64,000 bases of DNA, from assembly GCF_009914755.1 (NCBI RefSeq), contig NC_060936.1; one strand, given 5' to 3'. Source of the DNA: the human T2T-CHM13v2.0 reference genome, Homo sapiens. The position numbers were made by a program, and so were the translations under genes. The notes beneath the pieces were generated by a model. It had not been told where the DNA came from. It saw only the letters and a program-made list of their open reading frames with translations, and did no database searches. This document shows, piece by piece, positions 39,351-59,626 of the stretch; position 1 is the stretch's first letter; each line of letters opens with the position of its first letter.

Positions 39351-39386
39351 CTGACCAGCAGGCTTTCTAATGAGGAGTTCCATGCT

Positions 39387-39792
39387 TGATATGGTTCGGC
39401 TGTGTTCCCACTCAAAACTCATGTTGAATTGTAGTTCCCATAAACCTCACATGTTGTGGGAGGGACCCAGTGGGAGGTAATTGAGCCATGGGGTCAGTTA
39501 CCCCCATGCTGCTATTATCGTGATAGTGAGTGACTTCTCACGAGATGGTTTTATTAGGGGCTTTTTCCCTTTTGCTGGGCACTTCTCCTTGCTGCCATCA
39601 TGTGAAGAATGACATGTTTGCTTCCCCTCCCACCATGATTGTAAGTTTCCTGAAGCCTCCCCAGCCATGCTGAACTGTGAGTCAATTAGACCTCTTTCCT
39701 TTATAAATTGCCAGTCTCGGGTATGTCTTTATTAGCAGCATAAGAAAGGGTTATGGAATTTAGAGATCCAAACTTTAGCAGGTACTGATACA
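39387..39792 (+). mobile_element. THE1 (C/D-like) solo LTR with a short insertion near its 3' end
   Basis: TGATATGGTTCGGCTGTG start; ACTGTGAGTCAATTAGACCTC; ends ACTGATACA. Confidence 0.9.
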
Positions 39793-42700
39793 AGCACTTG
39801 TATTACCCATATGTAGCTTATCCATAGATGTTGGAAATATGTTCAAAATAAGAATGTTATTAATAGATATTATTCATGAATAGCATACTATATGGAAAAA
39901 TGGTTTTTTAGAGGTGAAAATAGTGGCTGACTGATCAGCATCATTAATGTAAAAAGAGAGCTCTAATTGGTAAGATTAAAGTTCTTAAGAACATGTGGAT
40001 TGGTTAAACTTCTTTTAGAGACATAAACATGATCAGGGTATAAGAATCCAAGGAGGCCTGAAGCTTGTAGCAGTAGAAATGATGCTAAGGACGTGAGCCC
40101 TAAACAAACTGGTTCTAGCCATTGACTGAGAGAAATACAAACTCTAATGATATGTTTGTATTCAGTGAATTTTTCACTTAAGATGTTAAAGGGAGCACTT
40201 AACTGTACCAAGAACTAGGACTTACTCAAGCTTTAAATAATATTTTGTGTGACCTGACTTGTGTCCACTTGTCAATGTGTTGGTTAGTCATATCTACATT
40301 TGTGAGAGAATTTGATCTGTGATTTACTTTCTCTGTGGTCTGGTAGCCAAATAATCTATGTAAATAACCTAAGAAGTATGCATACTAAATAGACTTAAGA
40401 TCAGTTCATAATTGTTTAGGGAGCATTTACCAAGCACTAAGTACTTTCCATATATTGTTTAATCTTTACTATGTTCTCTACAATAGTCCTCACAACACTC
40501 CTAAGAATGCTATTGTTGCTTGTTTTGGTTTTGGTTTTTGGTAAGCTCACTGTGAATAATCTGGTGCTTATCATTGTCATTATTTAGAGAAAGGGAAAAA
40601 AGACGATCAAATCCATCTATGAGATGGGTATAATTACCCTGTTTTGCAGATGAGGAAACTAAGTCACAGGGGTAGTTAAGTGGCTACTCTAGGTCACAGA
40701 GCTAGAAAGTGGCCAATTTTGGATTCAACTGGTGTTTGAGTAACTCTAAAAATCCACTCTTTTAACCATGATATTTTAGTGTATCCCTTAATAATACTTT
40801 GTTGTTAAATAGGAACATTTATGGGCTAGGAAGTGAGTTAAACATTTCTGATAATACAGTGTAGTATTTACATTGCAGAGTTTCCTTATGTAGTCAAAAG
40901 GTAAAAAAGTAACTTGTCTCGTCCTAGGGCATGCTGGATAGCTACCCGGACTACAGGATAATTAGACAGCTTTCAAAGGAGTACTCACAGCTTGGAAAAT
41001 GTCCTTAAGGATTTTGATTCAATGACTGATTTCATGACAATGAAGGGCTCCGAAAGCGGAACAAGGTTCCTTTATATAGAGTAAAGGAAATAGTTAGGCT
41101 AGCACTAGACCTTTTTGGTGCAGACATTAGAAGCTGAAGATTATCTGTACTGATTTTCCCCCTAATCCCCATTATTGGGTTTCTGGTTACCAACCTTAGT
41201 ATAGCTTGTACAATATCATCTCTGTAACCTTTGTGTTGGTTTATCTTGATCAACTGTCAGTGCAAAGTGAGAAGCTGCCTTTCATCTGGTTTCCAATGGT
41301 GTTAACTAGAAAAAGAGAAACTAAAAAGTTTGCGTTGAGCAGAAATATGTAGTCAAGGTATTAAAGCACTAACAGTGAACCTAAAAAAGGTATTTGAAGA
41401 AAGAAGGATTCCTGGAGAGAAGTTTCACTAAAAAATAGCCTACACTGTAGGACATTGCGAACAAAGAGAGTTGGCTAAAATCTGGATTATTTGCAATGGT
41501 ACAAAGTTTTTCTATTTGAACTTCAATGAAAAGTTTTTTGTCAATTTATCCTTGCACTGAAACTGTCCACTTAAATCTAATGCATCAAAGATCTGGCATT
41601 GTTAAGGAAGAAATCCTTGAACTCTAAGCAGGCCTGGCAAAAAAAAAAAAAAAAAAAAAAGATAATGGTACATCAATCTTCCTCTCTGGAAAAAATGAAT
41701 AACTAAAGCCAGTTTGACTTTTGGAGTCCAGTTAAATCAGTTAGAAGAATAGAGAAAGAGCTTTCTAGCCAAGGAGGGAGGAGAAAGTGAACAAGGAAGT
41801 TGTAAAACACAGTATGATTATTTTACAATGGTTTATTAAATGAAAGGAGGTAGCACTTTTCTTATCTAACATAGATCATTTTACACTGTGCCATAGTAGA
41901 AATAACATCAGCTTTGTGATACACAGACCTCAGTTTAAGGCCTGGCTCCACCACTTTCTGCCTGGGAAATTCATAGCAGCTTCTTAACTCCCAATACTTG
42001 CCTCACAGTAGTATTGGGGCCTGTGTGTGACAGTAACCTTCTGTTTGACTTTGGCCAACTTAACCCCAATGCCTCAGAGGCTTCATCTCTTAAATGGGAA
42101 TAATAATGCTTCATCACTCCATTCTAGAACTTTTTCCTGCGCATGGGGACAAAACATACAGAACTAATATTCCTAGTGGTTTTTGTTCTCTCAAATGAGG
42201 ATAATGATGATGACTACCAATAGTGGCATTTTGAAGGTTAAGCGTTAGTGTATTAAAGGTCCCTAATTCTTAAGCAGACAATAAATGCTGCATAATAAGC
42301 ATGCAGTAAATATTAGAGCTACATTATTAAATTCATACAAGATCTATTGGTGGCATTAACTTAGTACTTACTTTTATAGAGAAAAATATATGCCACAGCA
42401 GACAACATACAGGACTATCATCTCATATCTGAATTGTGCTCGTGATTGTTCAAAGCATAATCACATTCTAATGGAGAAGGGCATGCATACATCACAATTC
42501 TCACCTTCCAGAAAAGGAGGATGAGATCCAAAGAACTTTAGTGATATTAACCAGAGATGATGTAATTTTAAATAGGGAAGTCAGGGCTGGAATCTGAATT
42601 CCTGAATCCTGTCTTAGTGATCTTCCCATTACTCCATTTATTTTTATTTTTATTTTTATTTATTTATTTATTTTGCTGTTCTATAGGTCTGGCATACTTT

Positions 42701-43658
42701 TCTAGAAATCCTTTGTTAGAGTAAACTATAAGAAGAAGAAATATGCAATCAAATGGCCTTTCATCTTATGAGTTTATGATGCATTGCTATCCTGAGTTTA
42801 TTGTTTCAGTTTTTTGAATGTGAAAAAAGATAAATTCTCTGTAACATTCAAAGAGGAACAGAGAAAACACACTTGTGCTAAATTGAGTGGACTCGTGCCA
42901 TTATCAGTTGTGAGCTTTGAACTGATTTCAGACGCATGAAAGTTGAAAATTAACAAAATGCTTTGCTTTTTTCAAAAAAAGACTGAAATTTTAAAAAATA
43001 ACAAATCAAATTTATCCACTCTAAGTTACTACAGAAAGATAAATATTTTGATCAATAAAACAAATTGGAATATCAACAAAATTATTAAATATTCTGTGAA
43101 ACATGTCTATTTAGAATAGAGTAATTGGTTACTGAGTCTTTATTGTTTAAAAGTGTTGGGTTTATAGAATTAAGCCTGAACTGACTTTGATTCCTCAATA
43201 TAGTTTATTTTACCTACCCAGTTAAGTACTTTAATATTTGAGAAATTTTTTTTCTTTGCAATATCAAAATACTTTTAGAAAGTAACAGAAATTTACAGCA
43301 TTGTGTAAATGTAATATTTATCTATTTTATTTCAGTCCAGCTGAATTTAACCTACACTATCATTAAGAGTCTACACCACCAGGCATGATGCTTTCCCCAG
43401 ATAACTACAGTCTCTGCCTTTGAGGAATCCAATGTCTGAGCTTTATGGCAATAAAAGCTTATAGTTGCTATCATTCATTAACCTCTTGCAATGTATGAGC
43501 CACTCTGCCAAGAGTTTTGTACATGTTTTCTGATTTAATCCCATTGTCCAAGGTTCTGGAGACAGTGTTTTATTAACCTAGTTTATAGATGAGGGAACAG
43601 TGGCTTAGAATAAGGAACTTATCCTGAGATACTCACCTCATCAATGGTTTAATCTATC

Positions 43659-44012
43659 TGATATGGTTTGGCTGTGTCTCCACCCAAATCTCAACTTGAA
43701 TTGTAGCTGTCAGAATTCCCACGTGTTGTGAGAGGGACCCAGAGGGAGGTAATTGAATCATGGGGGCTGGTCTTTCTCATGCTATTCTTGTGATAGTGAA
43801 TAAGTCTCACGAGATCTGATGAGCTTATCAGGGGTTTCTGCTCTTTCTTCCTCCTTGTTTTTTCGTGCTGCCACCATGTAAGAAGTGCATTTTGCCTCCT
43901 GCCATGATTCTGAGGCCTCCCCAGCCCTGTGAAACTGTAAGTCCAATTAAACCTCTTTTTCTTCCCAGTCTGAGGTATGTCTTTATCAGCATCATGAAAA
44001 CGGACTAATATA
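43659..44012 (+). mobile_element. THE1 (A/B-like) solo LTR
   Basis: TGATATGGTTTGGCTGTGTC...GAAAACGGACTAATA; near-TSD CTATC/CTATT. Confidence 0.93.
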
Positions 44013-44717
44013 CTATTCTTAATTGATATGCCCGCACAAATATAGAGACACATAGCAACATATATACACAAAATGCAAACAAAATTGCTTGCAGCTTTAA
44101 GTAGATCTAAGTATACTTTTCCTTCTTCAGTGGGAACAAAGGTGTTGTAATTGTTGTTTCTACCTACAGGTTATGCTTCAACATTGATTACGTGATAGTA
44201 GCATTGCCGTTGTGCAGAGAAGGCAATGCATTAATAATCATAGAGGGGTACAAAAGTCCATCATGGCTAGTAACTCAAATCTCAAATGCTCTGACCTTGA
44301 CCCTATAGCCTCAATTTTTCTTAAAAAAAGATTATAACCAAAATTATATTTAAACTTTAGGTTGACTTAAAGGTCTTTAATTATTTTTAATGTTTTAAGA
44401 TCATTAAAGATCCTTGTCAATCTAAAGTATATTAAAGATAATAAAACTTCTCATCTTAACTCTTATCTTGTGCTTTTTCTAGGAAACTGAAGTAATAAGA
44501 AATGCTTTGAATATACTCAGAACTGTATCTTATAAAAGGATCACAAACACACAATGCCAGAAGACCTTAGACAAGAGTGTATGAAGGGCACAAATGTAGG
44601 AGAGAAATTAGTGAAGACATAGTACTTTAAAAATAATAGACTTTCCCCCTTTTTATTTAAATTTTTGTAAGCAAAAACTTATGATAGAATATTTAGAAAC
44701 ATATTAGAGATACATAA

Positions 44718-45022
<305 letters not shown>

Positions 45023-45056
45023 TCATTCATGCATTTAAATAGTAAATGGAGTGATT

Positions 45057-45440
45057 GTATTCTAAATTTGCTAGGGCTTCTATAACAAAGTAACGCAGAC
45101 TGGGTGGCTTGAGTAACAGAAATTTATTTTCTCACATTCTGGAGGATGGAAGTCCAAGATCAAAGTGCCAGCAGAGTGGTTTTGTCTTCCTTGGTTTGTA
45201 GATGGCCATCCTCTTGCTGCCTCATCACACTGTGTCTGTGCACACCTGGGGGCTCTCCGTGTATCTAAATTTCCACTTCTTATAAGAAAACCAGTCAGAA
45301 TGGAATAAAGTCTTCCTCTATGACCTCATTTTAACTTATTACCTCATGCCCTATCTCCAAATACAGTCACATTCTGAGTTACTGGGTGTTAGGGTTTAAA
45401 CACATGAACCTGGATGAGGGGACACAATTCAGCCTATAGA
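45057..45440 (-). mobile_element. MLT1 (B/C-like) MaLR LTR
   Basis: ATAACAAAGT..CAGACTGGGTGGCTT...AAGTCCAAGATCAA...ACACAATTCAGCC. Confidence 0.85.
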
Positions 45441-45977
45441 AGTGACTTTAATTGCGAAGAGCTTAGAGTTTCTTTAAATCTAGAATCTAGTGCAACTTCT
45501 TCAAAATTTTCACTCTATATAAATTAACCATGATCTAATTTGCTAATAAAATGCATTTATTTATTAAAATGACATTCCTGAATTAGCTTTATAGGACAAT
45601 ATACACACATGTGTACATATTTGAGTATATATACATGCATACATACACTAAACATATATGTTAGAGTATTGGAGAGACAGCAAGGCAGTATGGTTATGGC
45701 TACGTGTTATTCATCCACACATTTACAACCAAAAGTATAGGTTTATTTATTGACCAATTAGATATGGCCAAATGAATAACCAAAATAGTACATTTTCATC
45801 ATGCTGAAATCTTTCCTTTTAAAAATGCACTTGACTAAGTTTCTCTTTTAGATTAACCTACAATTTTATTTCTACATTCAGCTTCATTTTTGGAAACATT
45901 TGAATAGACTAAAATAAATTATTTGCAGTTGTACTGTGAGTTCAAAGTAATCTCAAGTACGTTAAGACCTCCCATTG

Positions 45978-46535
45978 TTGTGGATCATATTTTCCAAAAA
46001 TGGCTACAACAATATTCCTAGTCCGACAGACCCTTGTAACTTTCCAGCCAAGAGTAGTTTATCTCTCCTCTAGACACAGTTTTTAAAACTTGATGGACCT
46101 TTGTGAATGCTTGAACAAATAGAATGCAGCAGAAGCGATATTATGGGATTTCGGAGAACATGTCATAAAAAAATATATAGTCTCTCTCTCACTTTCTTTT
46201 TCTCCATCTCTCATTCTGGAACCCTGAGCAACTATGTAAGAAGTCTGGCTGCCATGATGCCACCATGCTGGAGGGACCACATGGACATACCATGAAGATA
46301 TATAGAGAAATGCTTTAGAAACCTCAGCTGTTCCGTCTTTCAGCTATTTGAGTCTTCCTAGGCCAAGGGCCAGATATATAAACAAAGAAGACTTGATGGT
46401 GACTCCAGCCTTAGTCAACGTCTAACTGCAACCACGTGAGAGACTTTCAACCAGAACTATGCAGTGGAGCTGCTTCTGAACTCCTGACCCATAGAAACCA
46501 TGAATGATAATAAATGATTGCTGTTTTCCTTAAAT
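45978..46535 (+). mobile_element. MLT1 (G/H-like) MaLR LTR
   Basis: TTTTCCAAAAATGGCTACAACAATA start; CCATGCTGGAG, TCCTGACCCATAGAAACCATGA...AATAAATGATTG end. Confidence 0.75.
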
Positions 46536-47420
46536 GTTTGGTCGCATTTCTCAGTGAAATCATCTGTGCCTAGAATTTTCTTTCTAGAAAAGTTTCAAAC
46601 TCCAAATTCAATTCTTAATTGAATTTTATATCTGTATATCTATAGACATATACAAATATCTGTATATCAACAAGATAATTCGGATAATTCAGGTTATCTG
46701 CTTCTTTTAGAATATGCATTGGGAGTTTGTGTTTGTTAAGGAATGTGTCTGGTTCATTCAAATTGTCGAATTTATAGGCATAAGTTTCTTCTCAATATTT
46801 CTTCACTAGTCTCTAGATATCTACAAGATCTGTAGTGATGTTATTACTCTCATTCCTGATACTAGTAATTTGTGTCTTCTCTTTTCTCTTGGTAGCTCTG
46901 GCTGGTGGTTTATTAATTTTACTGATCTTTTCAAAGAATCCAGATTTTGATGTTAATGCTTTTTTTCTACTATTGTTTGTTTTCTTTTTCATTGATGTCT
47001 GTTCTTGTCTTTATTACTTCCTTTTTTGGCTTTCTTTGGGTTTAGTTTTTTTATTTTTACTGTTTCTTAAGGTGGAAACAGATAATCAATCTGAGATATT
47101 TCTTCCTTTCTAATGTGAGCATTCAATGCTACAGTTTATCTTCTAAGCACTGCTTTAACTGCCTCCTACATATTTTGATATGCTATGTTTTTATATTTAT
47201 TTACTTCAAAATATTTACTAACTTCCCTTTTGACTTCCTTTTCAACATAGGGGATATTAAGAAATGTGCATTATGACCAGCAGTATCTGAGAGTTCCTGT
47301 TGCTTTGCATCAGCGTTAGCCATACTAAGCATTAACACTTGGTATTGTATTTTTTTCTCAGCCATTCTAATAGTTGTCCAGTGGCATCTCAATATGATTT
47401 TAGTTACATTTCCTAAGGGA
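46536..47420 (-). mobile_element. Old L1M fragments
   Basis: T-rich antisense ORF2-like sequence (TTTATTAATTTTACTGATCTTTTCAAAGAA; CAGCCATTCTAATAG). Confidence 0.7.
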
Positions 47421-48584
47421 TTAATGTGATGGCTAATTTTATGTATCAGCTTCACTAGGCTATAGTACCCAGTTACTTGATCAAACAATAATCTTACCAT
47501 ATGACCCAGCCATGCCACATCTTCGTGTTTATTCTAGAGAAATACCAACTCCTCTTTCCTAGTTACTCTTTATTTCCTTACTTTCTTAATTTTTTCAAAA
47601 TATTTTTTATTGTTAATTTAACTATATTAGTTATTTACTTATTTACTTTTTCTGATGATGACATATACCATTTAGAAACTTCTGCTTGTCCATGGCCCTA
47701 CCTGTAGCATCCAGAGGAGTGCAGAGCACATAGTGGATGTGGCATGAAATGTATTGCTTTATAGATGAACAATAACAATGGACATTGTTTGGGAAGAGAT
47801 AAGGACTAAGAGTATGTAGGATGACTAGGACAAGAACAAATGGCATGTGATGGTAAATGCAGAATGTCTTTGTCTTTACAAAAGTGCAATATTGTCTATA
47901 CTTAGACGAAGATGCTGGGATGGAGAGTGGGGGCTGCCCGGACAGAGCTACAATCAGGGAATTCAAGGCCTGCCACTGTCAGTGACTTACATTGTTTCCT
48001 TGGAGTTTTTCACAAATAAATTCAAGTTTATGTTATTATTTAAAAAATCCCAAGGCATACAAGTATTTTTGGATAAAATAAATATATCTGTGAATCTATT
48101 GAGAATAAAGGTAGCATGTTAAAACTCCCATCAACATTCTGTTTCTTCCCACTTCTATTTTAACAGTTTTTATTGCACATGCTTATATAGATACAATCAG
48201 CTTTATTGAAGCATAATTTATGTATAAAAATTTACCAATTTTAAGTACATGCTTCAGTGCAGTTTGAAAAAATGTATAATTTAACCGCAATCTCTGAACC
48301 TGACCAAAACATTTTTGTTACCTCAGAAAGTTTTATTATGTCTCCTTGCAGTCAGTGTCCTCCCCTAACCCTCAGGACCTGTCAACTATAGTTTTCTAGC
48401 ACAATATCTTTACTTTTTTCTAGAATGTTATGTAAATTGACTGATATGATTCTATATAGTGTTTGGTTTCTCTCACTTATGTTTTCAAGATTCATTTAAT
48501 TTGTTTCATGAATCAATTTATTTCCTTTTATTTATTGTTTCCTTTCCATGAATCAATTTTATTCCTTTTTATTGCAGAGTAGTT

Positions 48585-48720
48585 ACAATGGACTGAATGT
48601 TCATGCACTCCAAAATTTGTATGTTGAAATTCTAACCCCCAATGTGATGGTATTAGGAGGTGGGAATATTGGAAGGTAATTAATTTGAGGCTGGAACCCT
48701 CATGAATGGGACAAGCACTC
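48585..48720 (+). mobile_element. 5' part of an MLT1A/MSTD-like LTR, cut by the adjacent L1
   Basis: ATGGACTGAATG...TATGTTGAAATTCTAACCCCCAATGTGATGGTATTAGGAGGTGGG...CCCTCATGAATGGGA. Confidence 0.8.
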
Positions 48721-49848
48721 TTCTTTATTATTATTATTTTTTTTTTTTATTTTTCTTTAAGTTCTAGGGTACATGTGCACAACGTGCAGGTTTGTTACAT
48801 ATCCATACATGTGCCATGTTGGTGTACTGCACCCATTAAATTGTCATTTACATTGGGTATATCTCTCCTAATGCTATCCCTTCCCCCTCCCCCCACCCCC
48901 CTGCAGGCCCCGGTATGTGATGTTCCCCACCCTGTGTCCATGTGTTCTTATTGTTCAGTTCCCACCTATGAGTGAGAACATGCAGTGTTTGCTTTTCTGT
49001 CCTTGCTATAGTTTGTTCAGAATGATGGTTTCCAGCTTCATCCATGTCCCTATAAAGGACATGAATGCATCCTTTTTTATGGCTACATAGTATTCCATGG
49101 TGTATATGTGCCACATTTTCTTAATCCAGTCTATCATTGATGGACATTTGGGTTGGTTCCAAGTCTTTGCTATTGTGAATAGTGCCGCAATAAACATACA
49201 TGTGCATGTGTCTTTATAGCAGCATGATTTATAATCCTTTGGGTATATGCCCAGTAATGGGATGCCTGGGTCAAATGGTATTTCTAGTTCTAGATCCTTG
49301 AGGAATCGCCACACTGTCTTCCACAATGGTTGAACTAGTTTACCGTCCCACCAACGTGTAAAAGCGTTCCTATTTCTCCACATCCTCTCTGGCACCTGTT
49401 GTTTCCTGACTTTTTAATGATCACCATTCTAACTGGTGTGAGATGGTATCTCATTGTGGTTTTGATTTGCATTTCTCTGATGGCCAGTGATGATGAGCAT
49501 TTTTTCATGCGTCTGTTGGCTGCATAAATGTCTTCTTTTGAGAAGTGTCTGTTCATATCCTTCACCTATTTTTTGATGGGGTTGTTTGATTTTTTCTTGT
49601 AAATTTGTTTAAGTTCTTTGTAGATTCTGGATATTAGCCCATTGTCAGATGGGTAGATTGTAAAAATTTTCTCCCATTCTGTAGGTTTAAGTTCTTTGTA
49701 GATTCTGGATATTAGCCCATTGTCAGACGGGTAGATTGTAAGAGTTTTCTCCCATTCTGTAGGTTGCCTGTTCACTTCGATGGTAGTTTCTTCTGCTGTG
49801 CAGAAGCTCTTTCGTTTAATTAGATCCCATTTGTCAATTTTGGCTTTT
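48721..49848 (-). mobile_element. 5'-truncated L1PA (L1PA6/7-like) with internal 78-bp tandem duplication
   Basis: ORF2 C-terminal peptides ([33 protein letters not shown]) and 3'UTR/poly-T. Confidence 0.95.
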
Positions 49849-50517
49849 TTTAATGCTATGTTTTAAAATACATATTTGTTGTAACTTTATGGTGTGTTAT
49901 GCCTTACATAAATATAAAACATCCTTGTTAACGAATTTCATCCTCACAATAGCCCTATGTCATATTTATTATTATTATCTTTCTTTTGTAGATGAGCAAG
50001 ATTTAGGAAGGTTAAATATTAATAGCTTGTCCAAGATCAAATGGTTAGCACAGCAGAGCATAAAATTGTGCCCAAGTAGTTCCAGATTTCAAGCTTCTTA
50101 ACCACTTATAATGCTTCCCTCTAGAAATGAGATTGTTTATAGTGTTTGCCCTTGTTCAGTTGATACAAGTTTACTCTATCAGGTTTATGCTAATTTTACA
50201 AATTAATTATATGTATTTTCAAATATTTCTATACTGTTAAAGAGCTAATCCATTAAAATAGCTAAGCGTGAAGGTTTCTAAAAAATTTATTAATTTTTTT
50301 CTATTTCTCTCTTAATAATTGTTTTTTTGTTTGTTTGTTTTTACTTTTTCCTAACTCAGTTTTAGTAATTAATTTATTTCACCAAAATCAACTATATGAA
50401 ATGGATTTACATGTTTATTAGTGTTCTATTGTACATTTTATTCATATAACATTTTAATTTTCCTTGAATATCCATATTTAATTTCTGATGTTTTGCTGGA
50501 ACTTTATTTGATTTTTG

Positions 50518-50650
50518 CTTTTATTTTCTTTTATTGTTTTATTTTTTTAGAGACAGGGTCTCACTATATTGCATAGGCTGGTCTCAAACTCCAAGCCTCA
50601 AGCACTCTGTCCTTTTTAGCCCCCCAAGTAGATGGACTACAGGTGTGAAA
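50518..50650 (-). mobile_element. Alu monomer fragment (FLAM/AluJ-like)
   Basis: AGAGACAGGGTCTCACTATATTG...GGCTGGTCTCAAACTCC...ACTACAGGTGTGA. Confidence 0.75.
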
Positions 50651-50974
50651 CTTTTCCTGATAGGACTCCTATGGTTAAGCAAGTTTTGGAGTAATTTCTT
50701 GTGCAATTGTTTAAAACTGGAAGATTAAAGACTAAGAATTACAGTTAATTCAGAAACATCATCAATAATGAGAACAGGATGTTAACTCAAAAAAATGAAT
50801 AAATCCCAGATGTTACATTTTTGGATTCCAAATGGGTTTTACATTATTTTGTCTATAGTCATATGTTCCAAATTAGAAAACAAATAATCCTTTTTCATGC
50901 AGATATAATAATTAGATTTAATTGCAAAATCTTTATCAATTATATATAGTTACACCATTACCCTTGGTGCTGTA

Positions 50975-56500
<5,526 letters not shown>

Positions 56501-56537
56501 AATTCCTAGGATAAAAAATTTTAAAAAAGAAAAAAAA

Positions 56538-56720
56538 TGTATGTGGCATCCCCACCCCCTGTCTCTCTTTGTCCTGTTCATGCCATGTAAGCGGGAACAG
56601 GCTTGTTCCCACTTTGCCTTCCTGCATGAGTAAAAGCTCTTGAGATCTCCCCAGAAACAGATGCTGCCGTGCTTTCTTTATAGCCCACAGAGGCTAATTA
56701 AACCTCTTTTCTTTATAAAA
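56538..56720 (+). mobile_element. 3' half of an MST-type MaLR LTR
   Basis: TTTGCCTTCCTGCATGAGTAAAAGC...CAGATGCTGCC...AATTAAACCTCTTTTCTTTATAAA. Confidence 0.7.
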
Positions 56721-56782
56721 GAAAAACATTCTCAACAACACTAATTATTAGATAAATGCTAATTAAAACCACAGTGATGTAT

Positions 56783-57520
<738 letters not shown>

Positions 57521-57800
57521 GATACCATCTCACACCAGTCAGAATGACCATTATTAAAAAGTCAAAAAATAATAGATGTTGGTGAGGTTGCAGAGAAAAG
57601 GGAATGCTTCTACACTCTTGGTGGGAATGTAAATTAGTTCATTCCCTGTGCAAAGCAGTTTGGAGTTTTCTCCAAAAACAAAAAACAGAATTACCATGCC
57701 TAAATTATTGATTTATGAGAATTCATTTAACTTTTTTTTTGGCTCAGCTGGGGAACACTCATGTATTAATCAGTCTTCTCCAGAGAAACAGAACCAATAG

Positions 57801-57842
<42 letters not shown>

Positions 57843-57860
57843 AAGATAGATAGATAGATA
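57801..57860. repeat. (GATA)10 GAAA (GATA)4 tetranucleotide STR
   Basis: Read directly. Confidence 0.97.
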
Positions 57861-58119
57861 ATGAAGAATTGGCACACACAATTGTAGATGCTAAGAAGTT
57901 ACATGATCTACAAGCTGGAGACCCAAAAAAAAGCTGGTGATGTAATTTCAGTTCAAGTCCAAAGGCCTGATAACCAGGGGAGCCAACGGTATACATTCCA
58001 GTCTAAGCAAACCAGAAGACAGATGTCCCAGCTCAAGCAGGCAGAAAGGAGGGGGATGAATTATTCTTCCCTCTGCTTTTTATTCTATTCAGGCTCTCAT
58101 TGGATTGGATGATGACCAA

Positions 58120-58530
58120 TGACATGGTTTGGATCTGTGTCCTCACCAAGTCTCATGTAGAATTGAAATCCCTAGTGTTGGAGGTGGGGCCTGGTGGGAG
58201 GTGATTGGATCGTGGGAGCAGAGTTCTCATGGATGGTTTAGCACCATCCCCGCTTGGTATTGTATAGTGACAGAGTTCTCATGAGATCTGGTCATTTAAA
58301 TGTGTGTAGCACCTCCCTCCTCTCGCTCTTGCTCTTTCTGTGGCCATATGACATGCCTGCATCCCCTTTGCCTTCCACCGTGATTGTAAGTTTCCTAGGC
58401 CTCTCCAAAAGCAGAATCTGCTATGCTTCCTGTACAGCCTACAGAACCATGAGTCAATTAAAGCTCTTTTCTTCGTAAATTACCTAGTCTCAGGTATTTA
58501 TTTATAGCAATGTGAGAACGGACTAATATA
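58120..58530 (+). mobile_element. MSTA/B solo LTR nested in MLT2
   Basis: TGACATGGTTTGGATCTGTGTCC...GAGAACGGACTAATA. Confidence 0.9.
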
Positions 58531-59266
58531 CCCACCAACATTGGAGCGGGCAATCTATTTTACTGAGTCTGCTGACTCAATGCTAATCTCACCTGGGAAC
58601 CCCCTCACAGACATACCCCAAAGTTTTTAATTTAAGCACCCCATCTCCCAGCCAAACTGACACATAAAATTAACTGCTACATCACATATGATCATAAAGG
58701 AATCCATTGGGTTTCATATGGATTCTGTGGTACATGCCCCACTGACTGTCACTGAAAATTGTGACCAATATAAAAACAAAACCACAACAATCATTTTTTA
58801 AGATAGTGTGTATATTTCACTCATGACCATAACAGATCCTCTGTTATCTTATATATGGCCCCTTTTCTCCTTTCATCCTAGTACCTTACCTAAAGTTTTA
58901 ATTTTACTTCATTATTTTTGCCTATTAGGTAAGTATGAATTTTGTGTCTTAATGATACTTGCAAATGCTTTATTATTCTTAAAGACTTTTTACTCTATAG
59001 ACCCAGAAATTTTGCTTGCAAAATTTGATAAGCAGAAATTCATACATTAATAGTATCTACAAAAACAAAACCCAATACCATACTCATAAATTCTGAGCCC
59101 TAACTGGTGATGGGATTTAAAAAATTAATAAATGCTTGGTGAATGATTAAAATAATAAATAATGTTAAATTTTACCTGTTTATTTAAATCTGGTTTAGTA
59201 CTCAGCTCTAGAATGTTGAAAATAGTGATCAAATTTTATCAAGTTTATTTTCCACCTATACTTACA

Positions 59267-59626
59267 TTTGGTTGGTTCCACTCCTACCTCCACTTCCTAA
59301 TGATAAAGGACACAAAATCTCTCTAAAGCACCCTTCTAAAAATTCTCTGGAAACCCAAGAGGTATCTCACATGTGCTTATGTGGCAACTTTATTCATTGC
59401 TTCCTGTGGGCATTTGCCATTTCTTCCCTCTTTTATTCCAGGCTTTTTCTACTAGGAACTGTGGTGCCTGCTGGGCTTTGTCAGCTGTGCTGGATACTAC
59501 TGCTGCTTTTGTCAGATTCTACCACTTAACATTGGTCAGGATATAGGATTTGTTCTTCTGATGATCCCACTCACATTAGCTTGGTGCCTTAGTCTCTTTC
59601 TGGACACCACCACGCTCTCCCACTAA
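59267..59626 (+). repeat. Copy A of ~360-bp direct duplication
   Basis: About 96% identical to 63026-63381 over the core. Confidence 0.95.

Larger units (their letters stand above)
57762..58681 (-). mobile_element. MLT2-family ERVL LTR containing a GATA microsatellite and a nested MST LTR
   Basis: TTCTCCAGAGAAACAGAACCAATAGG start; TGACACATAAAATTAAC end. Confidence 0.85.

Noticed and set aside
50952-50972. CACCATTACCCTTGGTGCTGT as the 5' partner of the MST half-LTR at 56538
   Set aside because: The match is only ~20 bp and there is no TSD, so it is too weak to claim the long L1 split a single LTR.
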